Assembly: GCA_028826165.1 (NCBI GenBank)
Contig: JAPDFW010000071.1
Span: 381,698-445,697, forward strand
Source of the DNA: Anaeramoeba ignava BMAN
Taxonomy: Eukaryota > Protista > Anaeramoebae
DNA length: 64,000 nt
Reading direction: 5' to 3'
Made by a program: the position numbers and the translations under genes. The notes beneath the pieces are model-generated. The model had not been told where the DNA came from. It searched no databases and saw nothing but the letters and a program-made list of their open reading frames with translations. The first letter of the stretch is position 1; each line of letters starts with the position of its first letter. This document shows, piece by piece, positions 25,706-38,015 of the stretch.

Positions 25706-27418
25706 TTATTTTCGAGATCTTGGATCAGGAATCTTAACATAAGTAAATAAATCAAAATTAAATTTAAAAGGAAGTTTACGAGTTATTGCACAAACTGGTT
25801 GAGGTTTTGGTTCATCTTGACCAATAAAAAAATCTTCCAAAGATTTAAATTGAAGAGGTTTTTGATTTGGTAAATAACCGAAATGATTTGCAATTTTTGG
25901 AATTAACCATTTTACAAAACAATAACTATTTGGATCGCTTTCTGTGCCAATAAAATGTTTTATAACTGCAAATATCTCATATCCTGATTGAGTCCTCATT
26001 CCAACACAATCTCCTAGTTCAATCATAACTGGCTCCATTTTGTTATAGTTTGAAAAATTTTGTTGATATTCATTGTTTATTGGTGAATTATTTGTGTTGT
26101 ATTCTTGTTCGTTTTGATCTTCTGTTTCCATTTCTGTTTGCATATCATTTTGCATATCTTGAATATTTTGCATATCATTTTGCATATTTTGAATATCATT
26201 TTGAATATTTTGCATATTTTGAATATTTTGTTCATTTTGAATATTTTGCATATCATTTTGCATATTTTGAATATTTTGAATATTTTGTTCATTTTGAATA
26301 TTTTGAATATTTTGAATATTTTGAATATTTTGAATATTTTGAATATTTTGAATATCTTGTTCATTTTGTTCATTTTGTTCATTTTGTATATTTTTTTGTG
26401 AATTTTTTGGTTGTGATTGATTGATTAAATTTTGACGGTAACGAAGAATAGAGAAAGAAGGTTGGCGATGAAAATAAGAAAGTTGAGATTGTTGATGATT
26501 AAAGGAATTATTAGGATAATTCTGCGAAACAGACATTGAAATTGAACTAGATAAAGGATTTATATTTTGATTTTGATTTTGATTTTTGAATTGATTTTGA
26601 TTTTGATTTTGATTTTGATTTTGATTTTGATTTTGATTTTGATTTTGATTTTGATTTGGATTTTGATTTGGATTTTGATTCAATTGTGATTGCTGAAAAT
26701 TTCGATAGTAATATGACTGATTTTGTTGCATATTCGGATAAGGAAAAGCAGAACGATCTTGATAACCATAAAGTAACGGATTTGGGGGATAAACTGGTCG
26801 CATTTGAGGTGACATATTTTGACCGGATGTGTTTATAGAAAGTGATTTCGAGGGAATAAACGCATCCAAGTCGCCCTGTTGCATTTCTGAGCGGTAATAT
26901 GGCTCTGTAAGACTTCTGCCTTTGAGTTGCTTAGCTTCATCACTCTCATCAAGCTCGACAACATCTTGCATTGAGTTTGGTCTTTCATTTATAGAATAAG
27001 TTTTTTTCATAGCCTCTGGATTATTATGGTCCATATTAATCTTAGGGCTAAGAACCGACATCTGACGTCCTTGTGACTTGAGATCATGAACTAAAGTGGG
27101 AGCAGAATCGTCATCTTCTTTAAATCGAACTGTGAGCGCGCGTTTGGGTTTGGATTGTGAGCTTTTTTGTTGCGTTTTTTGGGGTTTTGTCCGCTTGCTT
27201 TTTTTGTGGTGTTTTTTCTTCTTTGTTGAATTGGGCATTAATGATAAAGGAATTGTTGGCACTGGATTTATAGGTCTCATGACCCCGTGCCGCTTCTGAT
27301 AGATTGCGCATGCGTTGCAGTAGTATTTTCCATCAATTTTCCTCCAGATAGGTGTCTTTGTTACTTTGCAATCTGGGTTACTGCATTGAATTGAAGGATT
27401 TGAATTGTTTTCATCCAT
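25706..27418 (-). CDS. GATA zinc-finger protein with C-terminal GATAD1-like (BAH-like) domain; intronless
   Basis: CSNPDC-x16-CNAC..KRHGVMRP; Q/N tracts; C-terminal LGDCVG..FAVIKHFI..KWLIP..FFIGQDEP recalls GATAD1. Confidence 0.85.
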   Translation of the reverse strand: MDENNSNPSIQCSNPDCKVTKTPIWRKIDGKYYCNACAIYQKRHGVMRPINPVPTIPLSLMPNSTKKKKHHKKSKRTKPQKTQQKSSQSKPKRALTVRFKEDDDSAPTLVHDLKSQGRQMSVLSPKINMDHNNPEAMKKTYSINERPNSMQDVVELDESDEAKQLKGRSLTEPYYRSEMQQGDLDAFIPSKSLSINTSGQNMSPQMRPVYPPNPLLYGYQDRSAFPYPNMQQNQSYYYRNFQQSQLNQNPNQNPNQNQNQNQNQNQNQNQNQNQNQFKNQNQNQNINPLSSSISMSVSQNYPNNSFNHQQSQLSYFHRQPSFSILRYRQNLINQSQPKNSQKNIQNEQNEQNEQDIQNIQNIQNIQNIQNIQNIQNEQNIQNIQNMQNDMQNIQNEQNIQNMQNIQNDIQNMQNDMQNIQDMQNDMQTEMETEDQNEQEYNTNNSPINNEYQQNFSNYNKMEPVMIELGDCVGMRTQSGYEIFAVIKHFIGTESDPNSYCFVKWLIPKIANHFGYLPNQKPLQFKSLEDFFIGQDEPKPQPVCAITRKLPFKFNFDLFTYVKIPDPRSRK

Positions 27419-28731
27419 TTCGATTTTTATTTTTATTTATTTTTTCTTTATTTTAAATTAAAATTAAAATTAAATTAAAATTAAATTAATTTTAAATGTT
27501 TTTTGGGTTTGAGTTAATTTTTTTTTAATTAAGGAATTGAATAAATTTAATTTGTATATTTATAAAAAAAGAAAGAAAGAGAGAATAAAAAAATGAAAAA
27601 AAAATTTTTTTTAAATTTAAATAAATAAAAACAACTCAATAAAAATTTAAATAAAAGAAATTAAAATAAAAGAAATTAAATAAAAGAAATTAAAATAAAA
27701 TTAAATAAAAGAAATTAAATAAAAGAAATTAAATAAAGAGAATTAAATAAGAAAAATTAAATAAAAGAATTAAATTGAGAGGTTGAAATATTTATTAAAA
27801 ATTATTTTATTTGGTGTTAAAATTTAAATTATTTTTGTGTAATTTTTTTGGGGGATTCAAGTTTGATTTTTAATTGATTTTAAGGAAAGATCTCTTATTT
27901 TGAAATATTTTTGATTAAAAAAATTTGTTTTTATGAAATTTTTATTACTTATTTAATTAATATTTTATTTATTTTGTTATTTAAAATTTTTTCTCATTTT
28001 AAATTTTTATTTATTTTTTTTTTATTTTAATTTCCAAAAAAAAAAAAAAAAGATTTTAATAATAAATAATTTAATAAATTATTAGTTTATATTGTTTTAA
28101 TTAAAATTAATTTTTTGAAATAGTCATTACTTACTATAACTTTTGAATAAAGATCAGTGCTTTGATCGTTTTAAAGTTTTTTTTTTAGTTTGATTTTAAG
28201 TTTTAAATAAAAATTTGTTTTTAAATAAAGTAAAAAAAAAAAAAAAAGAAAGAAAAAAAATGAATTAGAAAAATAAAAAATAAAAAGAAAAAAAATGAAT
28301 AAAAAGAAATGATTTTGCTTTTCTTTGTTTTAAAATTAATTAAATTTTAAAAAAAAATTTTTTTCTTTCTCAATTAAAAAAATTAAAATTAAAATTAAAA
28401 TTTAAAATTAAAATTTAAAATCAAGAAATTAAAATAAAAAAAGAATTCAAATTTTTATAAACTTATATTTTTTTAAATTTTTTTGGAGATCAACTGAATT
28501 TAAAAATTATATTTAAAGAAAATTAAAAGTAAAATTAAAAAATTCCTCAAAATAAATAAATTGAGAAAAATTTTTAAGGATAAAAAGGGTTTATTAATTG
28601 TTATTTGTTTTTATTTTTAAGTGAATTTTTTTTTACTTTTTTCAATTATGATCTTTAATCAAAATTTTTTCTTTCTTTTTTTTTTTTTTTAATTAATTTA
28701 ATTTAATTTAATTGGAGACTTGAATTTTTAA

Positions 28732-28763
<32 letters not shown>

Positions 28764-29359
28764 AATGAGAATTTTTTTCTAATTAAAATTAACTAATCAA
28801 ATTGTTTCTTCTTAAAGAATTAAAATAAATATTATTTTAAACATGGATCTTTAAATAAAAAATCAACAAGAAATAGATCAAATTAAATATTACAAATAAA
28901 AGGTGAATTCGAAAAAAAAAAACTAAGCAATATTTTAAAAAGAGTTTTCCATTTTAATTTAAATTTAAATTTAAATCTAAAACTCAAATCTTGAATCAAA
29001 ATAAATTATTCTTATTAATAAAAAAGGGGGTTAATTTAATAAGAAAAATTTTAAATTTAAAATGAATTATAAATCTTTAATAAAAAAAAAATAATATTAG
29101 AAATTAATACTCTAATTAAATTATTCAAAAATCTGAGACTAAAAGAAAAATTTTAAATTTATATTTTTTGATTAATTAATGAACCAAAGGAATTAAATTG
29201 TGTGTTTTTAAAATAAAGGGGATCGAAAATAAGTAATTATTAATTGAACTCACAAAACAAAAATCCAAAAAAATAGTCTTCTTAAACAAATATTTTGAAA
29301 AGAATTAAAATTGAAAAGATATTCAATTTTAATTTTTAAAGATTAAATTAATTAAAAAA

Positions 29360-31015
29360 TTTGGATTAAATTTTTGGAATAATTAAGAATAAAAAATATT
29401 AGTTTTAATCAAATATTTTAAAATAAAATATAATTTAAAATAGATCAAATTAAATATTATAAATTAAAGGGGAATTAAAAATTAATATAAAATTAAATAA
29501 AAAATATCAAATCGAAAAAATTTGGAAAAATAAATATAAAATAATTAAGAATAAAAATAACAGTTTTAAACAAATATTTTTAAAATAAAATATAATTTAA
29601 AATAGATCAAAATTAAATATTATAAATTAAAGGGGGAATTAAAAATCAATATAAAATTAAATAAAAATATAAAATCGAAAAATTTGGAAAAATAAATATA
29701 AAATAATTAAGAATAAAAATATTAATTTTAAACAAATATTTTAAAATAAAATATAATTTAAAATAGATCAAATTAAATATTATAAATTAAAGGGGAATTA
29801 AAAATCAATATAAAATTAAATAAAAATATTAAATCGAAAAATTTGGAAAAATAGATATAAAATAATTAAGAATAAAAATAACAGTTTTAAACAAATATTT
29901 TAAAATAAAATATAATTTAAAATAGATCAAATTAAATATTATAAATTAAAGGGGAATCAAAAATCAATATAAAATTAAATAAAAAATAATAAAATCGAAA
30001 AAATTTGGAAAAATAGATATAAAATAATTAAGAATAAAAATATTAGTTTTAAACAAATATTTTAAAATAAAATATAATTTAAAATAGATCAAATTAAATA
30101 TTATAAATTAAAGGGGATTAAAAAAATTAAAATATAAAAAATTAAATGGAAAAAAAATATAAAATCGAAAAATTTGGAAAAATAAATATAAAATAATTAA
30201 GAATAAAAATAATAAAGTTTTAAAAAAAAAACAAATATTTCAAAATAAAATATAATTTAAAATAGATCAAATTAAATATTATAAATTAAAAGGTGAATTA
30301 AAAAATCAATATAAAAATTAAATAAAAAATATTAAATCGAAAAATTTGGAAAAATAGATATAAAATAATTAAGAATAAAAATAATAGTTTTAATCAAATA
30401 TTTTTAAAAATAAAATATAATTTAAAATAGATCAAATTAAATATTATAAATAAAAGGTGAATTAAAAATTAATATAAAATTAAATAAAAATATCAAATTA
30501 AAAAAATTTGGAAAAATAGATATAAAATAATTAAGAATAAAAATAACAATTTTAATCAAATATTTTAAAAATAAAATATAATTTAAAATAGATCAAATTA
30601 AATATTATAAATAAAAGGGAATTAAAAATTAATATAAAATCAAATGGAAAAAATATTAAATCGAAAAATTTGGAAAAATAGATATAAAATAATTAAGAAT
30701 AAAAATATTAGTTTTAATCAAATATTTTAAAAATAAATAAAAAATAATTTAAAAAATAGAATAAAATTAAATTAAATATTATAAATAAAAGGGGAATTAA
30801 AAATTAATATAAAATTAAATAAAAAATATCAAATTAAAAAAATTTGGAAAAATAGATATAAAATAATTAAGAATAAAAAATAACAGTTTTAAACAAATAT
30901 TTTAAAATAAAATATAATTTAAAATAGATCAAATTAAATATTATAAATTAAAGGGAATCAAAAATCAATATAAAATTAAATAAAAAATATTAAATCGAAA
31001 AAAATTTTGGAAAAG
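29360..31015. repeat. ~160-bp tandem satellite, ~10 copies
   Basis: TAGATCAAATTAAATATTATAAAT recurs near 29441, 29602, 29764, 29923, 30084, 30263, 30428, 30589 and 30924. Confidence 0.93.
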
Positions 31016-31383
31016 AACAAGCTTTGACAAGCAAGAATTCCTTTATAACAATAAAACTCTTGATTTTTTTCTCCAATTTGAATCACAACATCTGAAAATT
31101 TCTTGCCACTTTCAAAAAGTTTTTGGTTCCTTTTTTGATTTGAAACTAGCATTCTTGTTTGCAGGTTGATATATTCTTGATTTGTTTTATCCAGAAGTGA
31201 TTTTTCTTCAATTTCTTTTAAAGGTTTTTCTTCGATTTCTTTTAATGATTTCTCTTCAATTTCTTTTAAAGATTTCTCTTCGATTTCTTTTAAATTTTTA
31301 AGTGTTTTGTTAAATTCTTCTTTTGTGAATTCCTTAACAATTTCTATTTTCTGTTTCGTTTTTTGTTTTTTATTCTGATTCAT
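30976..31383 (-). pseudogene. Truncated BTB/POZ-domain ORF ending inside the satellite
   Basis: FESGKKFSDVVIQIGEKNQEFYCYKGILACQSLFFSKIF is only the N-terminal third of a BTB domain; I found no donor or downstream exon. Confidence 0.6.
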
Positions 31384-31485
31384 TTTGTTTGATTTATTTG
31401 ATTTGTTTTTGAATGTATTTATAATTTAAATTGCTTAAAAATAAAAAAATGATTTTTTGTTTTATTCAAAATTAAAAAAATAAAA

Positions 31486-32215
31486 TTATTTTCTTTTTCG
31501 AATTGAATTTTCATTTGAATCAGAATCAGAATCAGAATTATAATTAGAATTAGAATTAGAATTATAATCTTTCTTTGATTCATCTTTATCTTCTTTTTTA
31601 TCTTCTTTTTTATCTTCTTTTTTATCTTCTTTTTTATCTTCATTTTTATCTTCTTTTTTATCTTCATTTTTATCTTCTTTTTTCTATCTTCTTTTTTATC
31701 TTCATTTTTATCTTCATTTTTATCTTCATTTTTATCTTCTTTTTCTCTTAATTTTGTAAAAATAACAATTAATCGATAAACAATAATTTGAAGTGAAAAA
31801 CAAAATTCTGTTAAATAAAAATTTCTTTGAGATCGAAACTTTAATATTTGATATTGAGCCCATTTACTATCAGTTCTTTCTGTTCTTGAATGTGAATTTG
31901 AGTCAAATTTTCTCATTTCTAGAAAGAAATCTAAAAAGAAAATAATTTTAATTTTAATTTTAATTTTAATTTTGATTTTGATTTTAAATTTTAATTTTGA
32001 TTTATAATTTTAATTTTAATTTTAATTTTAATTTTACTTATTAACATTCCAATAGAAAGAACAAAAATTATCATTCTAATATGAATAACTTGTTTATGTT
32101 TAAGAAAAGCTAAAGTTTTATCAATAATTAAATTAGGAACTTTTGGAGCAAGAAATATTGTAACAATAATTGCAAAAAAACAAATTAGTAAAATAATTGA
32201 AAAAAAAAGTAACAT
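31486..32215 (-). CDS. BAP29/BAP31 (Yet)-family ER membrane protein; exons 32215-32038, 31930-31486 (apparent frameshift near 31680 in the KEDK repeat)
   Basis: Three hydrophobic segments, LEMRKF, and KFRSQRNFYL..YRL matching the BAP31 FRAQRNLY motif; charged tail ending RKRK. Confidence 0.75.
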
Positions 32216-32315
32216 TTTTGTTTTGTTTTTTATAAAAAATGAAAAAAAGGAAAAAAATGAAAAAAATGAAAAAAAATGAAAAAAAATTTTTATTTTAAAA
32301 GCAAAAAAAATAAAT

Positions 32316-35116
32316 TTATTTTGGAATCCAAAAATTTAAAGTTGAATTTCCTTCAGCAAACATTAAATAAACAGGATTGAATTTTGTAAATCTGATTAAT
32401 TCTTGATTATATTGCATTACAGGAATTTCTTGTTTTTCTTCAACTCCCCAAAATGTTATATTTCCATCATCAGAACCTGTAAAAAATAATTTTTTTTTAT
32501 ACAAAATTTTGATTTAGGAATTTTTTTTAAACAAAAAAAAAAGTGGAATAAAAAAAAATTTTTTTTTACCAGAAAGAATAAATTTAGAATCTGGTGTAAA
32601 ACATGCTTCTATATTTTCAAATTGTTTATTTGATCTTGAATTGAAAATTTGTGTCTATTTTTTATCCGAATTTTAATTTTTATTTTAATTTTAATTTTTA
32701 TTTGAATTTTGATTTTGATTTTGATTTTAATTTTAATTTTAATTTTAATTTTAATTTTAATTTTAATTTTAATTTTAATTTTAATTTTAATTTTAATTTT
32801 AATTTTAATTTTAATTTTAATTTTAATTTTAATTTTAATTTGAATTTTAATTTTAATTTTAATTTTAATTTTAATTTTTAATTTTGATTTTTTTATACAA
32901 TTTGTCCATTAAGAGGATTTATTAAAAGAACATAATTTGAATTTGTAGAAAGAAGAATATGAGTTTGTTTATGATTAAATTGAAATGAAGTCCATTGATA
33001 TTTTGGAGATTTTGCAGGAAATTGAATATCCAAATCAAAAAATCCAAATGGTCCTTTTTCAATCTTCCTTAAATCAAACAATTTAATTTGAGGTTGATAA
33101 ATCCCATTTTTAAAAAGAGTTGTTGCAACTCCAAAAACAACTCCAGCTGGGTCAAAAGCTACAAAAGGATCATCAATTTTTGCATTAATTTGTCCCTAAA
33201 ATTTGGATTTTCAAAATCGGAAAAAAATTTTTTTGATTAAAATTTTAATTTAAATTTTCAAAATAAAATTGAACAGAGAATAATAAATTCCATTTTAAAT
33301 CAAGATGTTAATTTCTTTTAATTTGATTAAATCATTTTTTTTAATAAATAGAGAAAATTTGAAATTTTCCAATTTGTTTTATTTATATATAATTAATAAT
33401 TACCACAAGACTAGGTGTACGTAAATCCCATACAAGAACACTTTTATCCAATGAACTTGAAATAAAAAAATCATCTCTAAGAGAAGGAGCAATGGACAAA
33501 ACTCTTTTTGGAAAATTAAACAATAAAAATTATCCGATTTTATAAATAATTTTATAAATAATTTTATAAATAATTTTATATTTAATTTTATAAATAATTT
33601 AATAAATAATTTAATAAATAATTTTATATTTAATTTTATAAATAATTTTATAAATAATTTTATAAATAATTTTATAAATAATTTTATAAATAATTTTATA
33701 AATAATTTTATAAATAATTTTATAAATAATTTTATAAATAATTTTATAAATAATTTTATAAATAATTTTATAAATAATTTTTATATAATTTTTATTTTAT
33801 ATTTAATTTTATAAAAATAAAATATTTTTATATTTAATTTTATAAATAATTTTATAAATAATTTTATAAATAATTTTATAAATAATTTTATAATTAATTT
33901 TATATTTAATTTTATAAATAATTTTATTTTAAATAATTTTATATATAATTTTTTAATAAATAATTTTATATAATTTTATATTTAATTTATAAATAATTTT
34001 ATATTTAATTTTATAAATAATTTTATATATAATTTTATAAATAATTTTATATATAATTTTATATTTAATTTTATAAATTTTATAATAAATTTTATAAATA
34101 ATTTTATATATAATTTTATATAATTTTATAAATAATTTTATAATTAATTTTATATATAATTTTATAAATAATTTTATAAATAATTTTATATTTTTAATTT
34201 TATAAATAATTTTATAAATAATTTTATATTTAATTTTATAAATAATTTTATTAATAATTTTTATATATAATTTTATAAATAATTTTATTAATAATTTTAT
34301 AAATATTTAATTTTATAATTTTATAATTAATTTTATATATAATTTTATTAATATTTTTATAAATAATTTTATATTTAATTTTATAAATAATTTTATAATT
34401 AATTTTATATATAATTTTATAAATAATTTTATAAATAATTTTATATTTAATTTAATAAATAATTTTATATATAATTTTATATATAATTTTATAAATAATT
34501 TTATAAATAATTTTATAAATAATTTTATAAATAATTTTATAAATAATTTTATATTTAATTTTATAAATAATTTTATTTATAATTTTATATATAATTTTAT
34601 ATATAATTTTACTTTTCTGTATGGCCTTTAAAAAAACGTATATATTTATTATCATGAAGTGATAAAAATCTAATTGAATGATCATTTCCAGTTGGAGGTT
34701 TTGATGAACATAAAACAGTGTTTCCATATCCAATCCATTTTATAATTTCAACTCCATATTTTTTACAAAAAATCTTATTTTCATGTCTGTTTTAAAATTA
34801 AATTATAAAATATTTTTTTTCTTTTTTTAGAAATTTTCAACTTGATATTGATTTTTATTAAATTTTTAATATTTGCTTTGGATTTAAACAATCATATATT
34901 GATATAGAAGAATCTGTGCGAGCAACAACAAGTTTTTCTCCATTTTCTTGAAATTCCATTGAAGAAATTAAAGGTCCCTTTTTAAAGATTTTTTTTTTTT
35001 GAAATTCGTTTTGAAAATTTTTTCATTTTAAAAATCATTTTGAAATTTACTTCTTCATGAAAAGAATGTCCAACTCTCATTGATTTTAAAACTTCTTCAG
35101 TAATTTCTTGTTCCAT
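32316..35116 (-). CDS. WDR82: WD40 protein WDR82/Swd2; exons 35116-35051, 34977-34877, 34786-34613, 33503-33404, 33195-32899, 32654-32570, 32476-32316
   Basis: IYDC..KKYGV..DHSIRFLSLHDNKYIRFFKGH..SSSLDKSVLVWDLR..AFDPAG..KLFDLRKIEKGPF..EACFTPDSKFILSGSDDG..KFNP..FWIP. Confidence 0.95.
33504..34612. repeat. Intronic A/T-only ~13-bp repeat (ATAAATAATTTT)n
   Basis: Fills WDR82 intron 3. Confidence 0.92.
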
Positions 35117-35265
35117 TTGATTAAAAAAAAATGAAAATGAAAAAAATGAAAATTTTTAATTTGTTTTTTTTTAAATTTTTTTCAAAGTCAAAAAATCATT
35201 TTTTTTCTTTTTTTTTTTTAAATAAATTTCATTTTTCATTTTTTCATTTTAAAATAAAACAAAAA
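35117..35265. promoter_or_regulatory. 149-bp bidirectional promoter of WDR82 and CLP1
   Basis: Divergent ATGs; an AAAATGA cluster next to WDR82 and a TCATTTT cluster next to CLP1. Confidence 0.65.
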
Positions 35266-37472
35266 ATGATTCAAGAAATACAATTATCAAGAGAACAAGA
35301 ATTAAGAATTCAAGTTGAATTTGGCCAACAATTAATGATAACATTAAAAACAGGAACAGCAGAAATTTTTGGAGCAGAAATGGCTTCACATAGAACTTAT
35401 TCATTTACAGGAATAAGTTTTCCAATATTTACTTGGTATGGATGCACTTTACAAGTAAAGATTACAAAAATTTATTTATAAAATTAAAATTCATTTATAA
35501 AATTAAAATTAAAATTAAAATTAAAATTAAAATTAAAATTAAAATTAAAATTAAAAATAAAATTAAAATCAAAATTAAAATTAAAATTAAAATTAAAATT
35601 TGAATTAAAATTAAAATTAAAATTAAAATTAAAATTAAAATTAAAATTAAAATTCATTTATAAAATTAAAATTAAAATTAAAATTAAAATTAAAATTCAT
35701 TTATAAAAATTAAAATTAAAATTAAAATTAAAATTAAAATTAAAATTTAAAATTAATTTTTTGTTAAATAGATTCAAGGAGAAGCAAAACATTATATTTC
35801 AAATAATTCACTCATGATTTCTTATCTTAATATACATTCAATTTTACAACATAAAAGAGAAATATCTCGCGAAAATATTAATATTAGAGGTCCTCGTGTT
35901 TTAATTGCAGGACCTATTGATTCAGGGAAAAGTTCTTTATGTAAAATTTTAATTAATTATGCTACTCGTTTTGGTGAAAATCCTTGTTTTGTAGATCTTG
36001 ATATTGGTCAAGGAGAAATTACAATTCCAGGAACATTATCAACTACTATTGTTCATGAACCAATTGATATTGAAGTATTTATGATTATTTTTAGTGATCA
36101 TTTTTCAAAATTAAATTTAAAATTCATTTATAAAATTAAAATTAAAATTAAAATTAAAATTAAAATTAAAATTAAAATTAAAATTAAAATTAAAATTAAA
36201 TTTAAAATTAAAATTTAAATTAAAATTCAAATTAAAATTAAAATTAAAATTAAAATTAAAATTAAAATTAAAATTAAAATTAAAATTAAAATTAAAATTA
36301 AAATTAAAATTAAAATTAAAATTCGGATAAAAATATAAAATTAAATTTAAAATTAAAATTAAAATTAAAATCTAAAAGGAAGGATTCTCATTATCTAATC
36401 CACTTGTTTATTTTTATGGAAATCTTACACCAACAGAAAACACAACATTATTTTCTAATTTATTAAACAAAATTACACAAAGTGTCAATGAAAAATTACA
36501 AATTTCTCAAAAATCTCGATCATCAGGATTAATTATAAATACAATGGGTTGGGTTGATGGATTTGGTTATTCCATTCTTTTTAAAACAATCACTTTATTT
36601 GAAGTTGATTATGTGCTTGTTCTTGGTGATGAACAACTTACTTATGAATTGAATAAAGATTTTAATAACATAAAAATGACAGATTTTCTTCACAAAATTC
36701 AATACAACAAAATGATTCTCAAAAACAATTTCAATCCCAAAACAATTACCCTAAAAATCCAGAGATTGTTTTATTAGAAAAGCCAATTGGAATCAAAAAT
36801 AGAGATAGTAACTTTCGTCGTACAACCAGATTCTTTCGTATTCAAAAATATTTTTATGGAGCTTTAAATAACTTTTCTCCTTTTGTTATTTCATTTGATT
36901 TTCAAGCATTTATATTTCTTAAAATTTTTCGTGGTAAATTTATTTATAAAATTAAAATTCATTTATAATTCATTTATAAAATTAAAATTAAAATTCATTT
37001 AAAATTAAAATTTAAATTAAAATCAAAATTCAAATTAAAATTAAAATTAAAATTAAAATTAAAATTAAAATTAAAATCATTTATAAAATTAAAATTAAAA
37101 TTAAGTAAATCCACAACAAAATCAGAATCAAACTTCAGAAATTTATTCACAAGATCCTCGTTTTCAAATTATGGAAATTACTCCAGATCAAAGTCTTGAA
37201 TATTCAATTTGTGCAGTTTCATTTGGAAAATTTGAAGAAAATCAAAATTATGATAAAAATTTAGTTCGAGAAGAAAATGTAGCAGGTTTTCTTTTTGTGT
37301 AAAAATATTTTTATTATTATTTTGATATTTGAATATTTTATTAATATTTTAATATTTTATTTTAATTAGTTCAAAAGTTGAACCAGAAACTCAAACAATT
37401 TGGTTTCTTTCTCCAACTCAAACTCAATTCCCAGGAAATATTTTATTATTTGATGATTTGCAATGGAAATGA
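35266..37472 (+). CDS. CLP1: Polynucleotide 5'-kinase / 3'-end factor CLP1; exons 35266-35454, 35772-36074, 36379-36933 (1-nt frameshift near 36685), 37106-37298, 37370-37472
   Basis: ELR..GTAEIFGAE..IFTWYGC, Walker A GPIDSGKS, DLDIGQG, IINTMGW, IQKYFYG, NVAGFL, LSP. Confidence 0.95.
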
Positions 37473-37554
37473 ATTTTAAAATTCAATTCTAAAAAAAACC
37501 AAAAAAAAATAGAATTAGAATTTCGTTTTTATTTTGATTTTAGATTGATTTTAT

Positions 37555-38015
37555 TTTAGAATTAAATTGTTTTGAATTAAATTGTTTTAGATTAAATTAT
37601 TTTGGATTAAATTATTTTGAATTAAATTATTTTGAATTAAATTATTTTGAATTAAATTGTTTTAGATTATTTTAAATTAAATTATTTTGGATTAAATTGA
37701 TTTGAATTAAATTGATTTGAAATTAAATTATTTTAAATTAAATTATTTTGAATTAAATTATTTTGAATTGAATTATTTTAGATTAAATTATTTTGAATTA
37801 AATTATTTTGAATTAAATTATTTTGAATTAAATTATTTTGAATTAAATTGTTTTAGATTAAATTGTTTTAGATTAAATTATTTTAGATTAAATTATTTTA
37901 AATTAAATTATTTTGAATTAAATTATTTTGAATTAAATTATTTTGGATTAAATTATTTTGAATTAGATTATTTTGAATTGAATTGATTTGAATTAAATTG
38001 TTTTGAATTAAATTA
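37555..38015. repeat. 15-bp minisatellite (ATTAAATTATTTTGA)n between convergent genes
   Basis: About 30 tandem units. Confidence 0.92.

Noticed and set aside
29360-31015. CRISPR-like or exon-cassette interpretation of the 160-bp arrays (also 55970-58250)
   Set aside because: No unique spacers, no cas genes, eukaryotic context, and no consistent splice-site pair within the unit
36660-36780. Frameshift in CLP1 (also SH3 gene 2210-2730, BAP31-like ~31680, F-box ~42604, RNF213-like ~62100 and ~62320) as programmed frameshifting or pseudogenisation
   Set aside because: All sit in or next to homopolymer runs in otherwise intact genes; most likely long-read consensus indels. Short-read polishing would confirm.
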